A stretch of DNA of 64,000 bases from Eukaryota sp. GEM-RC1 (Eukaryota): NCBI GenBank assembly GCA_040285855.1, contig JAUFOQ010000013.1, forward strand, positions 744,001-808,000. The letters run 5' to 3'. The position numbers were made by a program, and so were the translations under genes. This document shows positions 10,428 through 21,626 of the stretch, in pieces (position 1 is the stretch's first letter; every line of letters starts with the position of its first letter). Under the pieces are notes generated by a model, which saw nothing but the letters and a program-made list of their open reading frames with translations, was not told where the DNA came from and did no database searches.

Positions 10428-12443
10428 TTAGCACTTGATCCGATTATTTGAGATTCTTTTGATGAGTTGTTTAGTCTCAGAGTCAATAGAGTTAAACCCA
10501 AGATTAATCTCAGTAACAGTGGAATTGACCTTCAAAGCATCAGCCAATGCAATGGCACCTTCAGTACCAATAGAGTTAAACCCAAGATTAATCTCAGTAA
10601 CAGTGGAATTGACCTTCAAAGCATCAGCCAATGCAATGGCACCTTCATTACCAATAGAGTTTTCCCAAAGAGAAATCCGAATAACAGTGCAATTGACCTT
10701 CAAAGCATCAGCCAATGCAATGGCACCTTCATTCCCAATAGAGTTTTCCCGAAGACCAATCTCAGTAACAGAGGAATTCACCTTCAAAGCATCAGCCAAT
10801 GCAATAGCACCTTTAGTACCAATAGAGTTTTCCCCAAGATCAATCCGAGTAACAGTAGAATTGACCTTCAAAGCTTCAGCCAATGCTATGGCACCTTCAG
10901 TACCAATAGAGTTACTACCAAGATCAATCCGAGTAACAGTAGAATTGACCTTCAAAGCATCAGCCAATGCAATGGCACCTTCAGTACCAATAGAGTTAAC
11001 AACAAGATTAATCTGAGTAACAGTGGAATTCACCTTCAAAGCTTCAGCCAATGCAATGGCACCTTCATTACCAATAGAGTTTTCCTGAAGATCAAGCTCA
11101 GTAACAGACCCATTCCTCATTTCTTCCAAAACCTGCCTCAATTCAGGTTTTAACTTACTCAAATGTATATTTTTTAATTGTAAAACTTCAGACTTAAGAC
11201 TTTCAATATCCTCTCTTAAAAAACGATTGTCAGTTTCCAAATTTGAAATTTGTTGGTTGAAGTTCTTAACTTCATCGGGGAAGTTCATATTTGCTCCCAC
11301 CAGTTCAACTCTCAACTTTGCCACGTCAGCAGCGAGTGTGGCAGTCGATGATTGGATTTGAAGAGGGACCATTCGGAGTAAGAATCTGTTAAGTAAAGGC
11401 TCAATATCCACGTCATCAAGTAAATCAGACAAAGTCTCAGAAATGACGTTTACAGTGTCTGAAGTACACGTGATGGATTTCAAACAGCTATTGAATTGTG
11501 ACCTTGTCCAATCAGATTTTAAATTTTGCCAAGAATTACACAAACATTTTGCAAGAAAAACAGAATCAACATTAAAAGAAGTAAGAATTTCAAATACTTC
11601 TGGAGTTACATTGATTCCAAAATCAGTAGATTTGATTGATCTGAGACGTTGTCCATGTTTTTTAACAAACATGAGATCGTTTAAAGAACTTGCTTGTTCA
11701 ATATATCCTGTATCAAAATTGACTTCTATAAAACTATTTCCAGCAGTAACTACTGACTTTACTTGAAAATAGGATCCTAAATAAGTCAATTCAAAAGCAT
11801 TTTCAGTAGTCAATTTGATTCCACTTCCACTCAAAAACTCAAAAAACCTCGGAAAACTTTCTGCTGACACCTTCAGCATATCATCAAAGCTAAGTTCTTG
11901 TTCATTTGAATCAGCCCATTGACTAGTCCAAAGGTTATCAAAGTACTTAGAATAACAACATAAGTGAAGCCTATTTGTTCTAGCAATATAGTCTTTATAC
12001 TTCAGTAAAACGTCATGAGGAGTTTCCCTCTTCAACTTTTCTAGAATAGTTGATCCTTGGAGAGAGAAGACTTTGTTACTAGACTGTAGTCCCTTTAGTT
12101 GAAGGTTGGTGCAGTGGGAGATCAATGGAGTGTACTTTAACAGTTTAGCGATCACATGAATGTCAAAGAGATTGGTTCCGTTGATGTTTAAAGGGGAGCC
12201 GTACATGGACAACATAATGGCTTCAAAGATTGAAGGATTTTCAACCATTCCCGAAGAGTTGATTTCAACATGATCTTGGCGATCTAGTTTTTCAAGGTAT
12301 TTGGAAAAGAGAACGACAATGGAGAAGTGACAGTGGAACTCTAAGTCCTCGAACTCAATAACACAGTCAGTGAGATGATTGTTGGATCGGAGATATTGTA
12401 GTTGTTCGATGGCTTCCTTGGCAAAGGTAGAGATGGAGAGCAT
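10428..12443 (-). CDS. Tandem BTB/POZ - coiled coil - 8x ribonuclease-inhibitor-type LRR protein (671 aa)
   Basis: Intact ORF. Two BTB domains (TDCVI..FHCH..V...FSKY; HDV.L..TNR..L...SKYF), a heptad segment, and 28-aa repeats xIxLxxNSIGxEGAIALAxALKVNSTV. Confidence 0.9.
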   Translation of the reverse strand: MLSISTFAKEAIEQLQYLRSNNHLTDCVIEFEDLEFHCHFSIVVLFSKYLEKLDRQDHVEINSSGMVENPSIFEAIMLSMYGSPLNINGTNLFDIHVIAKLLKYTPLISHCTNLQLKGLQSSNKVFSLQGSTILEKLKRETPHDVLLKYKDYIARTNRLHLCCYSKYFDNLWTSQWADSNEQELSFDDMLKVSAESFPRFFEFLSGSGIKLTTENAFELTYLGSYFQVKSVVTAGNSFIEVNFDTGYIEQASSLNDLMFVKKHGQRLRSIKSTDFGINVTPEVFEILTSFNVDSVFLAKCLCNSWQNLKSDWTRSQFNSCLKSITCTSDTVNVISETLSDLLDDVDIEPLLNRFLLRMVPLQIQSSTATLAADVAKLRVELVGANMNFPDEVKNFNQQISNLETDNRFLREDIESLKSEVLQLKNIHLSKLKPELRQVLEEMRNGSVTELDLQENSIGNEGAIALAEALKVNSTVTQINLVVNSIGTEGAIALADALKVNSTVTRIDLGSNSIGTEGAIALAEALKVNSTVTRIDLGENSIGTKGAIALADALKVNSSVTEIGLRENSIGNEGAIALADALKVNCTVIRISLWENSIGNEGAIALADALKVNSTVTEINLGFNSIGTEGAIALADALKVNSTVTEINLGFNSIDSETKQLIKRISNNRIKC
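10480..11105 (-). repeat. 84-bp coding tandem repeat (LRR array, 8 units)
   Basis: AATAGAGTT......AAGA..AAT...AGTAACAG recurs with 84-nt periodicity. Confidence 0.95.
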
Positions 12444-12627
12444 TTGGGGGAGATTTCATACAACTTTGACTTTGTAATTATGCTCTCTCGAAGACATATC
12501 ATACGTTTTCTTGTTATTTTTAAAAAACTTCACAGCATGACTTCTCTGTTTTGTGATATGAGATATCAAATCAAAATCATACACGATAACAAAAGTGAAC
12601 TGATATGACAAATTATGCTGTTGTGGC

Positions 12628-13195
12628 CGTGTAATGCAAATGTTCCGTACTGCGGTGATTTTAGGCGTACCGTACCATTTGCACTTTTGACTGACTAAAA
12701 TATATTATTACTATTTTGAACATGATGATCCAATGTGAGATTATAACAGTTACCATCGACATAAATTCTACCGTTAAACATTGCTAAGGATATGAATACC
12801 GTGATTGTCACTCTTAGTCATATTTAGGGTACGTCATTTGCTGACCACAACTTCAAAATGACATTTCTACGTACGAAGCTCAGCAATCGTTCGACATCAA
12901 CAATAACAGTAGCGTCTTCGAATCACAATGTATTTATTGACTGCACACGACGTAATACAACAATGATAAAGGGCCCAAAAACTCACAGCTTGGATTTCTA
13001 AACGTTCAGAAGATGCAGAAGCAATTTGCATTAGTACTGTGTTTGAATAGTGAATGAACCTCCACTTAAAAACCAGTATTTGTAAATCCATTTAGATTAT
13101 TCATAAACTATATAAACTCAAATGACATCGGTACGGATAAAATATGTAAGTACGTGCCGATCCGCACTGTACGTACCAAAGACTTGCGCACATTG
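12628..13195 (-). mobile_element. hAT-type MITE, same family as 8452-9542, inverted
   Basis: 8-bp TSD GTTGTGGC (12620-12627) / GTTGTGAC (13196-13203). Reverse-complement homology, e.g. ATTCTACCGTTAAACAT versus ATGTTTAACGGTAGAAT at 9391. Confidence 0.8.
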
Positions 13196-13799
13196 GTTGT
13201 GACTTATCTCCCTGCAATTTGATCTCAAACAACATTATAGCAATTGATATTTTATAATGAAATATAATATATGTATGAAAAATGTTCAAGACTGAGCTCA
13301 TTAACACTCTATTTTCCATATTCACTAAGGGAACGATTCAACAATTTCAGGTTGGTCTTCATCAGCAGACGAGTAATCCTCAAGACGTTGGAGGAACAGG
13401 AGCATTAGCTGCATCAAGGATCAAAATAGGTTCAATGTTTACATCAGGTTCACTAGTTGAAGTCATTGGTTGTGGAAATTGACGAAGAAATTGTTGTGAA
13501 GGCGTGATAACATAATTTGGCGATCTATTGCTATCGTATAATGCAACTAGAGCTATGATACAAATACAACGTAACAGTGTGCTATAATTTTCTCAGCAAC
13601 ACAGGTGTTGTTCCAAAAGGTTAGCCTTCAATAATCGAAATTAGTCTAAGTCAGACTATTACGATTGGTACTGTAGTATGCTGGACAATAATATCAGTTT
13701 CTAATACCGATATGAATTTCAATTTAAACTTCCAACATAATACTTTTGTCGTGATTTTATATCGCAGCTGTAACAAAACAAATATGATCGAATTCAATG

Positions 13800-14004
13800 A
13801 CAAAAGGTCTCCATCGCGAAAGGCTTTGACCAGGTCCTGCAGAGCATTGTTTTCTGTCCTCTCTTCCAGACAATCGCTACGGCAAAGGGGACATTGATTC
13901 AGTGACTCAGCACATTCAGAACAACAAGTATGTCCTTCGCAGCGAATGAGGAGAAGAACGCGGTCAGAGAGATTGAACGATTCACAACAAACGAAGCAGT
14001 CCAT
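13800..14004 (-). pseudogene. Truncated RING-finger module of the RING-kinase family
   Basis: MDCFVCC...C.GHTCC..C...L.QCPLCR...NNALQDLVKAFRDGDL parallels the N-terminus at 40591-40390 but breaks off just before the kinase. Confidence 0.75.
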
Positions 14005-14696
14005 GTTGAGAAATGGTTTAGCTTCAATTTTGGGCAACTCTGTCAACGAGTTCTTTGTCTAAAAAAAGGTCTTATACAACAATAGCTGTGGTCTTGGTAA
14101 GAAGATTAGAATTGTTTAAATAGTATACACAATCTCTTTTGATCTAAGAACTGCAAACTTCTCGAAACAATTGGTATCTGGAATGTGCGTATTGACGGCC
14201 CTGATTTTTATGAATGTAGTTTTCTTCAACTATCACTTACACACCCATCCATCCTATCTAATGATTGTCTCATTATGTCTATTCTTCTCTATCATTTTCA
14301 AGGGCGTACCGGCTGACTTTTTTTATATCACGTGTCATTTTTTGAAAAAAAGAGCATTGTTAAAAAGAATCAGTTAGTAACATGTGTCATACGGATTACA
14401 AGTCTGACACACTAATTGTTTTCGTAAGTTGTTTCTATTGTATGCGTTTTCATCCATGTCTTTTTTCTCGAAGACAAAAGTTCTTCTCTAAATTACCAAT
14501 TAATTTGTAGAATCTTTCAAATGTTGATTGGCCGATTTAGTCCGATTATTGTTGTCTGTGCTACAGTACTTTCATTCTTATGACTTTTATTAAGGAAAAC
14601 TATTTTATTACAATAAATAGCACACTGAGAATTTTCCAAACATCAGGTCTATCTGAAAATTATTTTACAGCCAAATTAATTTTTAGTTTTGGTTCC

Positions 14697-16640
14697 ATAA
14701 AGAACCCTAAAATGAGAATTACAGAATAAATGTATGCAATATGTTTCCATCAAAATCAATACATATCAGTTAATCGCAAACGACCTAAAATGTAGATATA
14801 TGTGTTGTTATTTCATTGGTTATACAATTATAACAAAATACATACAATTGTCCAATCCATAAGAGCAGGCAGTAATTGCGAAATTGTATAGTCCTTCTTC
14901 AAGACGAGAGTATCCAAACATCACGCTACTATAGCTCACTTCTTCACCCAACATGATAGTTCTGATATCATTCCTTCAGGAAATCATACACGTGACGGAT
15001 CTCTTTTCTACACATGCAAGATATGTGACCCTGTATATGATCTGTGGATTTTAAAAGATAAGCGTTATTCCAATCTGACCTGTCACTTGAAAGCTAAACA
15101 TTCTAAATTGTGTCGATTTAAACATCGTGTAGATTGCCTTTGTCTACGTGTGGAACTTGAAAGAATTGAGCTTTTATATAGGTTTTGTACAACAGCTATT
15201 GTCCTATCTTAGTGCTGATTCATTTATAGTAATGCGTTAGGCTTCTTCTTCCATTGTTGTCTAATTCAACCGTGTCTAAAAGGTTACTTGCAATGATTAA
15301 TCCACTGAAGTATCCTGTTTATGTTCTTTCAGTTGCCTATAATCTTCTGGCTCTTGCTCTTGACTCTTCATCATTAGTTAGTGCTGTACAACTTACAGTA
15401 ACCAAGGAAATGCTGTTTGGTGAGGTTATTTCTGGTGTTATAGATAAGAAATTAGACAAAAGTTGAATCATCTTTGGACAACAAGTGCCAAATGCTGTTC
15501 TGTCTGTTCAGATCTTCCAAATGCCAGTTTCTTCAGTGTTTCGGATACTAACACAGAAGCTGAGGTTGCAATTCAAACTCTATTAAAATCTATTTCTCCA
15601 ACAAATCCTAGAGTTACAGTCTTTGCAAGGTCCGTAGTTAAAGTAATTGATCAAATTGTTTTGGCCTCTGATACTGTTATTTTAAACTTTGAAGTTAGAA
15701 TTGATCATGTATTCCCCCCTCTTTTACTTGATTTATTCTCAAATGACGTCATTTCTAAAGACTTCGTAGGACTTTCTTGTACTCCTCAAGATGTGGCTGA
15801 TTTCTTCTTTTTACAGAACTTTACCAATGTTGTTGATCGATCTTCTTTAGTTCCAAGATCAGTGTTAGATTTAATCGAGGCAACTCCCCACAATACTTCA
15901 AAAAACTTACCCAAACTCTCACTTTTATTTGTGTCTGAATTCCAGCAGTTTATAGTGATTTCCTATGTATTGGAACTTTTTGCTAGTCTGACGTTTACTT
16001 TACAATACTTTTTCAAAAGCAATGGCATTAACCTACCATCACAATCATTTGTTAAAAATCTTAATGAACCTTCTTCTTGCATCCAGAATTTAGCGTGCCA
16101 AGAATCCAATCTTAAGGCTAATAGAAATATTACAGTTTTTCCATCAGATTCGGTGTGTAATCTTAATGACGTCATCTATCAAAGCGATGTTCTTGGACTT
16201 GCGGTGGTTCCCATTACTAAGTCCAGAAAGAAAAAATCCAGTGTTTTGGTATGTTGAAGAGAAGTTTGTCAATCCTTCGTTCCTGCACGCTTTGAAATTA
16301 TTTAAAAAATTGAAAATGTGCGATAAGCTAAATGTACGTCACCTCGAAGGCCATCCCATTTAAATTTAAATTTTGGTTTAAAAAATTGTCTGAATTGTTG
16401 GCTGTTGAACTTTTATTTGTTAAGGATGGTACTTTTAGACAAGATCTATTATCAGTAGAGTTTCACCAGAGTAGTGACTCTGCCTTTGCTGAACTTAAAA
16501 CCTTAATTCAAGAAAAGAAATGGGCACTGCGACAGAATTCATCTGAAAGTAATGAACAAAATGTCCCTTGTAATGATTCTGATAGTGAAGTGGATGATGA
16601 TTGATCAAGTTTATAATCTGCAGTTATTTTGTAAAATGTA
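14697..16640 (+). pseudogene. Internally deleted duplicate of 1-5530: hAT 5' part fused to the 3' part of the exonuclease gene
   Basis: 14697-15234 matches 1-537 and 15233-16640 matches ~4123-5530. Junction TATAGTAATG|CGTTAGGCTTC. Confidence 0.9.
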
Positions 16641-17325
16641 TCTACTTAATATAATGTAATTTGTGTCTTTTTAATCTTCTTTTGTGTGTTGTAGTGGCCA
16701 CACCTTTGTTTTCGCAGAGACTACAAACGCAAGCAATATTTTAAACTGTCAGATGTAAGACCTCTAAGTCTTGACACGAGGAGGTCACTTGCAGCTCTCA
16801 ACTGTGTAATTAAGTGAAATATACTCCATATTATGGTTTAACTCGGTCAAGATCCCGCTTGTTAGAGAATACCAAATAAATTAACTTAATTACTTGCTCC
16901 TATTGTAATTTTACTTCTTTTCTCAAGTTCGTCTAATCTGCAGTGTTTTGACAATGAAGAATCCTCAATACATTTTCGTAACATTGTTTCTTTCATCCTT
17001 TGCATTTATTCCGCTCTTATTTGATTTACTCATATTAATCTTGATCGTTAGATACAGAAATCACAATTCCTTTAAAACCAGCAAACACAATACTAATTTT
17101 CCAAAATCTAAGATTAAAAGTCCTAGATGTTCTTTCATTTTCAATTTTTACACCGCTCTCTATTAATGATGGAAAAGATTCACACACCTTGATGTATCCA
17201 TACACCATCATTTAAAGAGAAAATGCGATGCGTGAACACGTTGCCAACTACAGTACTGTATATGTTTCAATATAGTAAATGTATACTTGACACTGAAGAA
17301 AGTTGGGATTTAATTACATTGGGAA

Positions 17326-17403
17326 TGTTGGTCTTAGGTACCATATAAGAGAGAAAAGTGAATTTATTATACAAATAGGTCCTGATGAGTCATGACACTA
17401 ACA
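17326..17403 (-). repeat. 3' LTR (78 bp)
   Basis: Starts TGTTAG directly after the PPT and integrase stop and ends CCAACA before the TSD. 17353-17403 is identical to 23537-23587. Confidence 0.75.
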
Positions 17404-20400
17404 TTACTTCTTCTCCTTTCTCGAGGACCTAGTCCTCTTAGCAGGTGGAGTAGTGAGAATGATGGAATCAGGGGTGTTACTAGGGATCGCCTTTCTAATA
17501 CGCGTACTTCTAGATTTAGCTTTGGGTTTAGATTGGAGTTTGGCGTGAGGATTTAGTTTAATAAAACTTGAGTAAGCCTTAGTGTTCTTAACCAGACTTA
17601 GAGGTTCCTCCGTAGTGTCGCCGTCAAACCATACGACGGAACATATGGGACCGGTAGGTGAATCACGTTGATCAAGGATCTCGATGATAACCATCTCTTC
17701 AGAGTCACAAGATGCTACTGCTTTGTGGAACTCGTCGGAGGAGCGTTTGTCGGAAAGGTACTTGGTGCATAGATGGATGCTGGAGCGAAAGCGATGTCCG
17801 GTGACAAAGTTCTGCAGTTCAAGTGAGCTCTTGGAAGGGATGTCGATGACGAGGTACCTTCCCTCTTGTTTGCCATGAAGCTTCTTAGCTGCTTTGTTAC
17901 TTCGTAGTACTAGGTCACCGATAGCGAATAGCGAGGGTGTATCAACCGTAGTAATGGAAGATTTGATAGATGATTGGGTGGTTTCTGCTTCATCCCGTTT
18001 TTTCAAAATTCTTGTTAATTTTGATTGGTAATCAGCTAGAAACGAATCTTCAGATATCCTGTTCTGTGTGAGACAAGAAATGATTTTACTTGGATCACTA
18101 TCAGGGTTGGTGTTAGATCCAAACATCAATTCGTACGGTGTAAAGCCAGTTACTCTACTCTTCGTAGTGTTTACCAGCAGTTGTACAAGTGGAATGTATT
18201 TACTCCAGTTGTAATAGTCATTGAAGTCTATGAGCATTTTTCGTAATGCTTGAAGTATGTTTCTGTGTCGACGTTCAACTAAACCGTTGCTAGGAGAGAA
18301 ACTATGTATAGATTTATTAGTTGTGATGTCGAATTGATTGCAGACATCATTGAAAACGTGATTAGCAAACTCTTTGCCATTGTCACTGTGAATGAGGTCT
18401 GGAATGCCGAAGATGGCGCAAACGTTACACACTAATGAATATGTTGTCTCGTGAGCATTCAGTTTCTTTAGTGGACATAGAATAGTGAATCTGGTGAATG
18501 AATCTATGAACACTAGTAGGTAAATGTTTCCCGATGTGTCAGTGGGGAGTGGTCCAATGGTATCGACGTTCATCTTTGCAAATGGTTTGTCGGACCATAA
18601 ATTACCTGAAGATTTGATAGTTGTTTTGGCGAGGGGAGCTGTCTTTTGACAAGCTGGACAGTGCCTGCAGTGAGTTGTGATGTCTTTGATCATGCTGAGC
18701 CAGAAGTAGTTACTAGATTTTAGCCGATCAATGCTATCTTTAGTACTGGGGTGACCTGCATGTGGAAAACCGTGTAAGTGGTTCAAGGTGGTGTTCACCA
18801 AGGCACTTGGTATCAAGATCTTGTTGTTGCTATTCATGTATAGATGGAACTCTTCATTGAACCAAGAAGACGGATGTTGGAACAATGGGTCGTTATTTTT
18901 GATGGCTTCTACTTGTATAGAGCGTACTTTCGAGAGCCAAGCGTCGAATAACTTCGATTTGTTGATCAGAGCAGAGTCAATCATGTTGATTGACTCTGTT
19001 GATAAAGTTTGATATTCCATATCCTCATCAGTAGGACATCGGCTATCGGTTATAGAGAACAAATGCTCTGGGCAATATGTGACTATGTTGTTTATAGACT
19101 CAGTTGGTGTGTCCTTGTTAACATTGCGTGACATCATGTCAGCCCAATGGTTGTCTTCGCCACTGGTGTGGGCTATGGTGAATAGGTATTCGCTGAGAAT
19201 AGGGATCCATCTTTTGACCATCCTGTTCTTCTCTGGTGCTGAGATTAAGTAAGCGAGGTTTTTATGATCTGTGAAGATCGTTAAGTCCCTGCTGATAAGG
19301 TATGATGACAGTTGAGATTCTGTTAAAATCAGGAGAATGGCGTACAATTTATTTTTTGGATTGTGGCCCAGTTCTGTTGAGAGTCAGTGAGTAGTATGCT
19401 GTAGAATGCTAGTGGTTCTGCTTTGCGATCGTTCAGTGGAGTTCCCTCAGGTGAATGAGGGGTGCATTCTAGCCAGACGACACCACCTACGGTGATATCG
19501 CTAGCGTCTGCGCTGATCAGAATGCGTCTGTCTTTGTCTGGTAGACATAGTGGCATGTGATTGATTATCCTCTTTTGATTTCATCAAAATTTGATTGAAG
19601 TTGAGGTGTCCAGTGAACTGTTCGTGCTTTGTTCTTTACTAGGGCTATTATGGGAGCTAGTAGGTCCGATGCATCTGCTATGAAATCTTTGATGTAGTTG
19701 ATAGAGCCGACGAAACTTCGAACTTCTTTGATGGTGGTCGGTGTTGGTATGTTTACCAGAGCTTCTACACGTTTTGAATCGATTCGACGAGTGTTGTCGA
19801 TGTATTCGCAACCTAAGATAGTTATAGGATGATTCTTTGTTATGAACTTGCACTTGTGTAAGCCAAGGTTGACTCTATAAAGTTGAGCTCTCTCTAGAAC
19901 GAATTTTATTCTAGATATGTATTCATCAAAAGTCTTAGCGACTATGATGATGTCATCGATGTAAATGAATAAACCTTCGTGGTCGAAAATATCCATCATC
20001 AAGTTTTGAAAGATTGCAGGTACGTTCTTTAAACCAAAACAAGCTCGTTTAAATCGAATGGCTAGGCCATGGATGACTAGAGTTGTCTTGTCGCGTTCGT
20101 GATCAGCGAGATTCAGTTGCCAAAATGCTTTTGGCAGGTCGAGAGTGGCTATGTAATTAGCTTTACTCAGGAATTCCTGTATGTCTGCGATTCTTGGTAG
20201 ATTCGGTTCGACAGTCTTAGTAAGTTCGTTGACTCCTCCAGTACCACTGAAGTCACCAGTAAGTCTAGGCTTACGATGATCGGGGTAGACAACAAGTACT
20301 ACCGGGGAGCTGAATTTTCCGTTGGGTGTAGTATACTCAGCGTATCCCAAACGTACTAGTTCATGAAAGGTTTCTTCGGCTATCCTTTGTTTGACTGGAT

Positions 20401-21626
20401 TAAGCCTCCGAGGTTTTCATTTCACCGTGGAATCTTCGTCGTGGAAGTCAATCGATGCCATCTTTGTGTGCAACGGAATCGAAAATAACTGAGAACTCAT
20501 TGAGTAGATTCAGTAAGTGATTGGTTCTATCATCGTCATCTAATGTGATTGAACAACCGGAATCATAAACAAATTTATTGAAATCTATATTGTCTATGAT
20601 AGAAAGGCTATTGGGCATAGAGTTGGAGTCGAACTCAGACTCGTCGTTGCTATGAGCTAACATAGTTTGTTGAACCGGGATGATTAGTCCCTCTTCAGTC
20701 AGTAAACCTAACTGCTTCATGAGATCAATACCTAACAAACATTTGTTGGATCCAGGGATGATAGGTAAAGTCTTCGTCACAGATGTTAGATGTGTCACCT
20801 TACTGAACTTGAAGGTCAAAATCCCCTGGGCGCTACCCAGTGAGTGAGATCTGACGTTGTTTGCAGATGTGAATGGAACGTTCTTGTTGACGAACGTCAT
20901 TGAACATCTATCGACCAGGTCTCGTGTGATTACGGACATTGATGCTCCACTGTCCCAAAGACCCTGAATCGAAACACCATTAATGGTCAGACTGCAGCTG
21001 AGGAATGGTGGTGGACCCTGGTGATCGATTATGCTGAATATTGAATTCAGGCTTAGTGAGTTCGTACCACTCGAACTACTGATGTTGTGGAGTGGATTTA
21101 TGTATGGATTATGTGAATCCGACGATGATATGTTATCATTGTGAATGGTATTGATAGATTGAACGAAATACTTATTAGGTTTATTATGTTTGCGCGAACT
21201 ATGACTACGAGTGGGACGTTTCTTTGCCTCAGATCGTGGAAGACGTTGATCCGCGGGGAGCTCGCTTCTACGACAGTCAGGATGATTACACAGATTGATC
21301 TTGTGATCCGGGGAGTCGCAGAAACTACAGCAGTTGTCATTTTTAGGAGGTCTATCAGATGAGTTTGAGCGATGCTTCTTTTTGAAAGGAGGGGCTGCAT
21401 TGTGAGGGTTCTTTGAAGATGATTTAGACTTCAAATTTCCTGGGGCGAAAATTTTGGATGCTGAGCGTTGGATTGCTTTTGGGATGTCGTTCCAGGAATC
21501 CTTGTCTCTGTGCATGAGAATTTTCCACGTTCTTGTGTTCAAGTTGAACATGTGTGGGACCGTTTGTCCATTTCTTGCACCATTGGTAATAGTGTTCGAG
21601 GATTGTTGGAAAGAAGGAGTGTACAT
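17404..21626 (-). CDS. Gypsy gag-knuckle/pol region (protease, RT, RNase H, integrase), broken into ORFs 20448-21626, 19565-20350, 19329-19556 and 17404-19347
   Basis: Conserved catalytic motifs in each ORF, in the expected order. Confidence 0.85.

Larger units (their letters stand above)
7977..13655 (+). repeat. Segmental duplication, copy 1 (copy 2 = 58229 to at least 64000)
   Basis: Collinear direct match starting at TAGACTAAATCCAACCG and running to the window end in copy 2. Confidence 0.95.

Noticed and set aside
10480..11105. CRISPR-like array or DGR template/variable repeat
   Set aside because: The repeats are in-frame coding units with no spacers, variation is not adenine-specific, and there are no cas genes or DGR-type RT. 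The RTs present are Gypsy and CRE-like.
10435..11153. Long plus-strand ORFs over the LRR arrays (also 60694-61496)
   Set aside because: Shadow frames produced by the stop-free 84-bp repeat.
8452..13195. Composite transposon as the cause of the BTB-LRR duplication
   Set aside because: Each MITE has its own TSD, and the duplicated block extends beyond both outer ends.
17353..17403. Hammerhead ribozyme suggested by CTGATGA-GTC-AT-GAC in the LTR
   Set aside because: No GAAA follows stem II, no stem I/III pairing is evident, and it lies antisense to the element.
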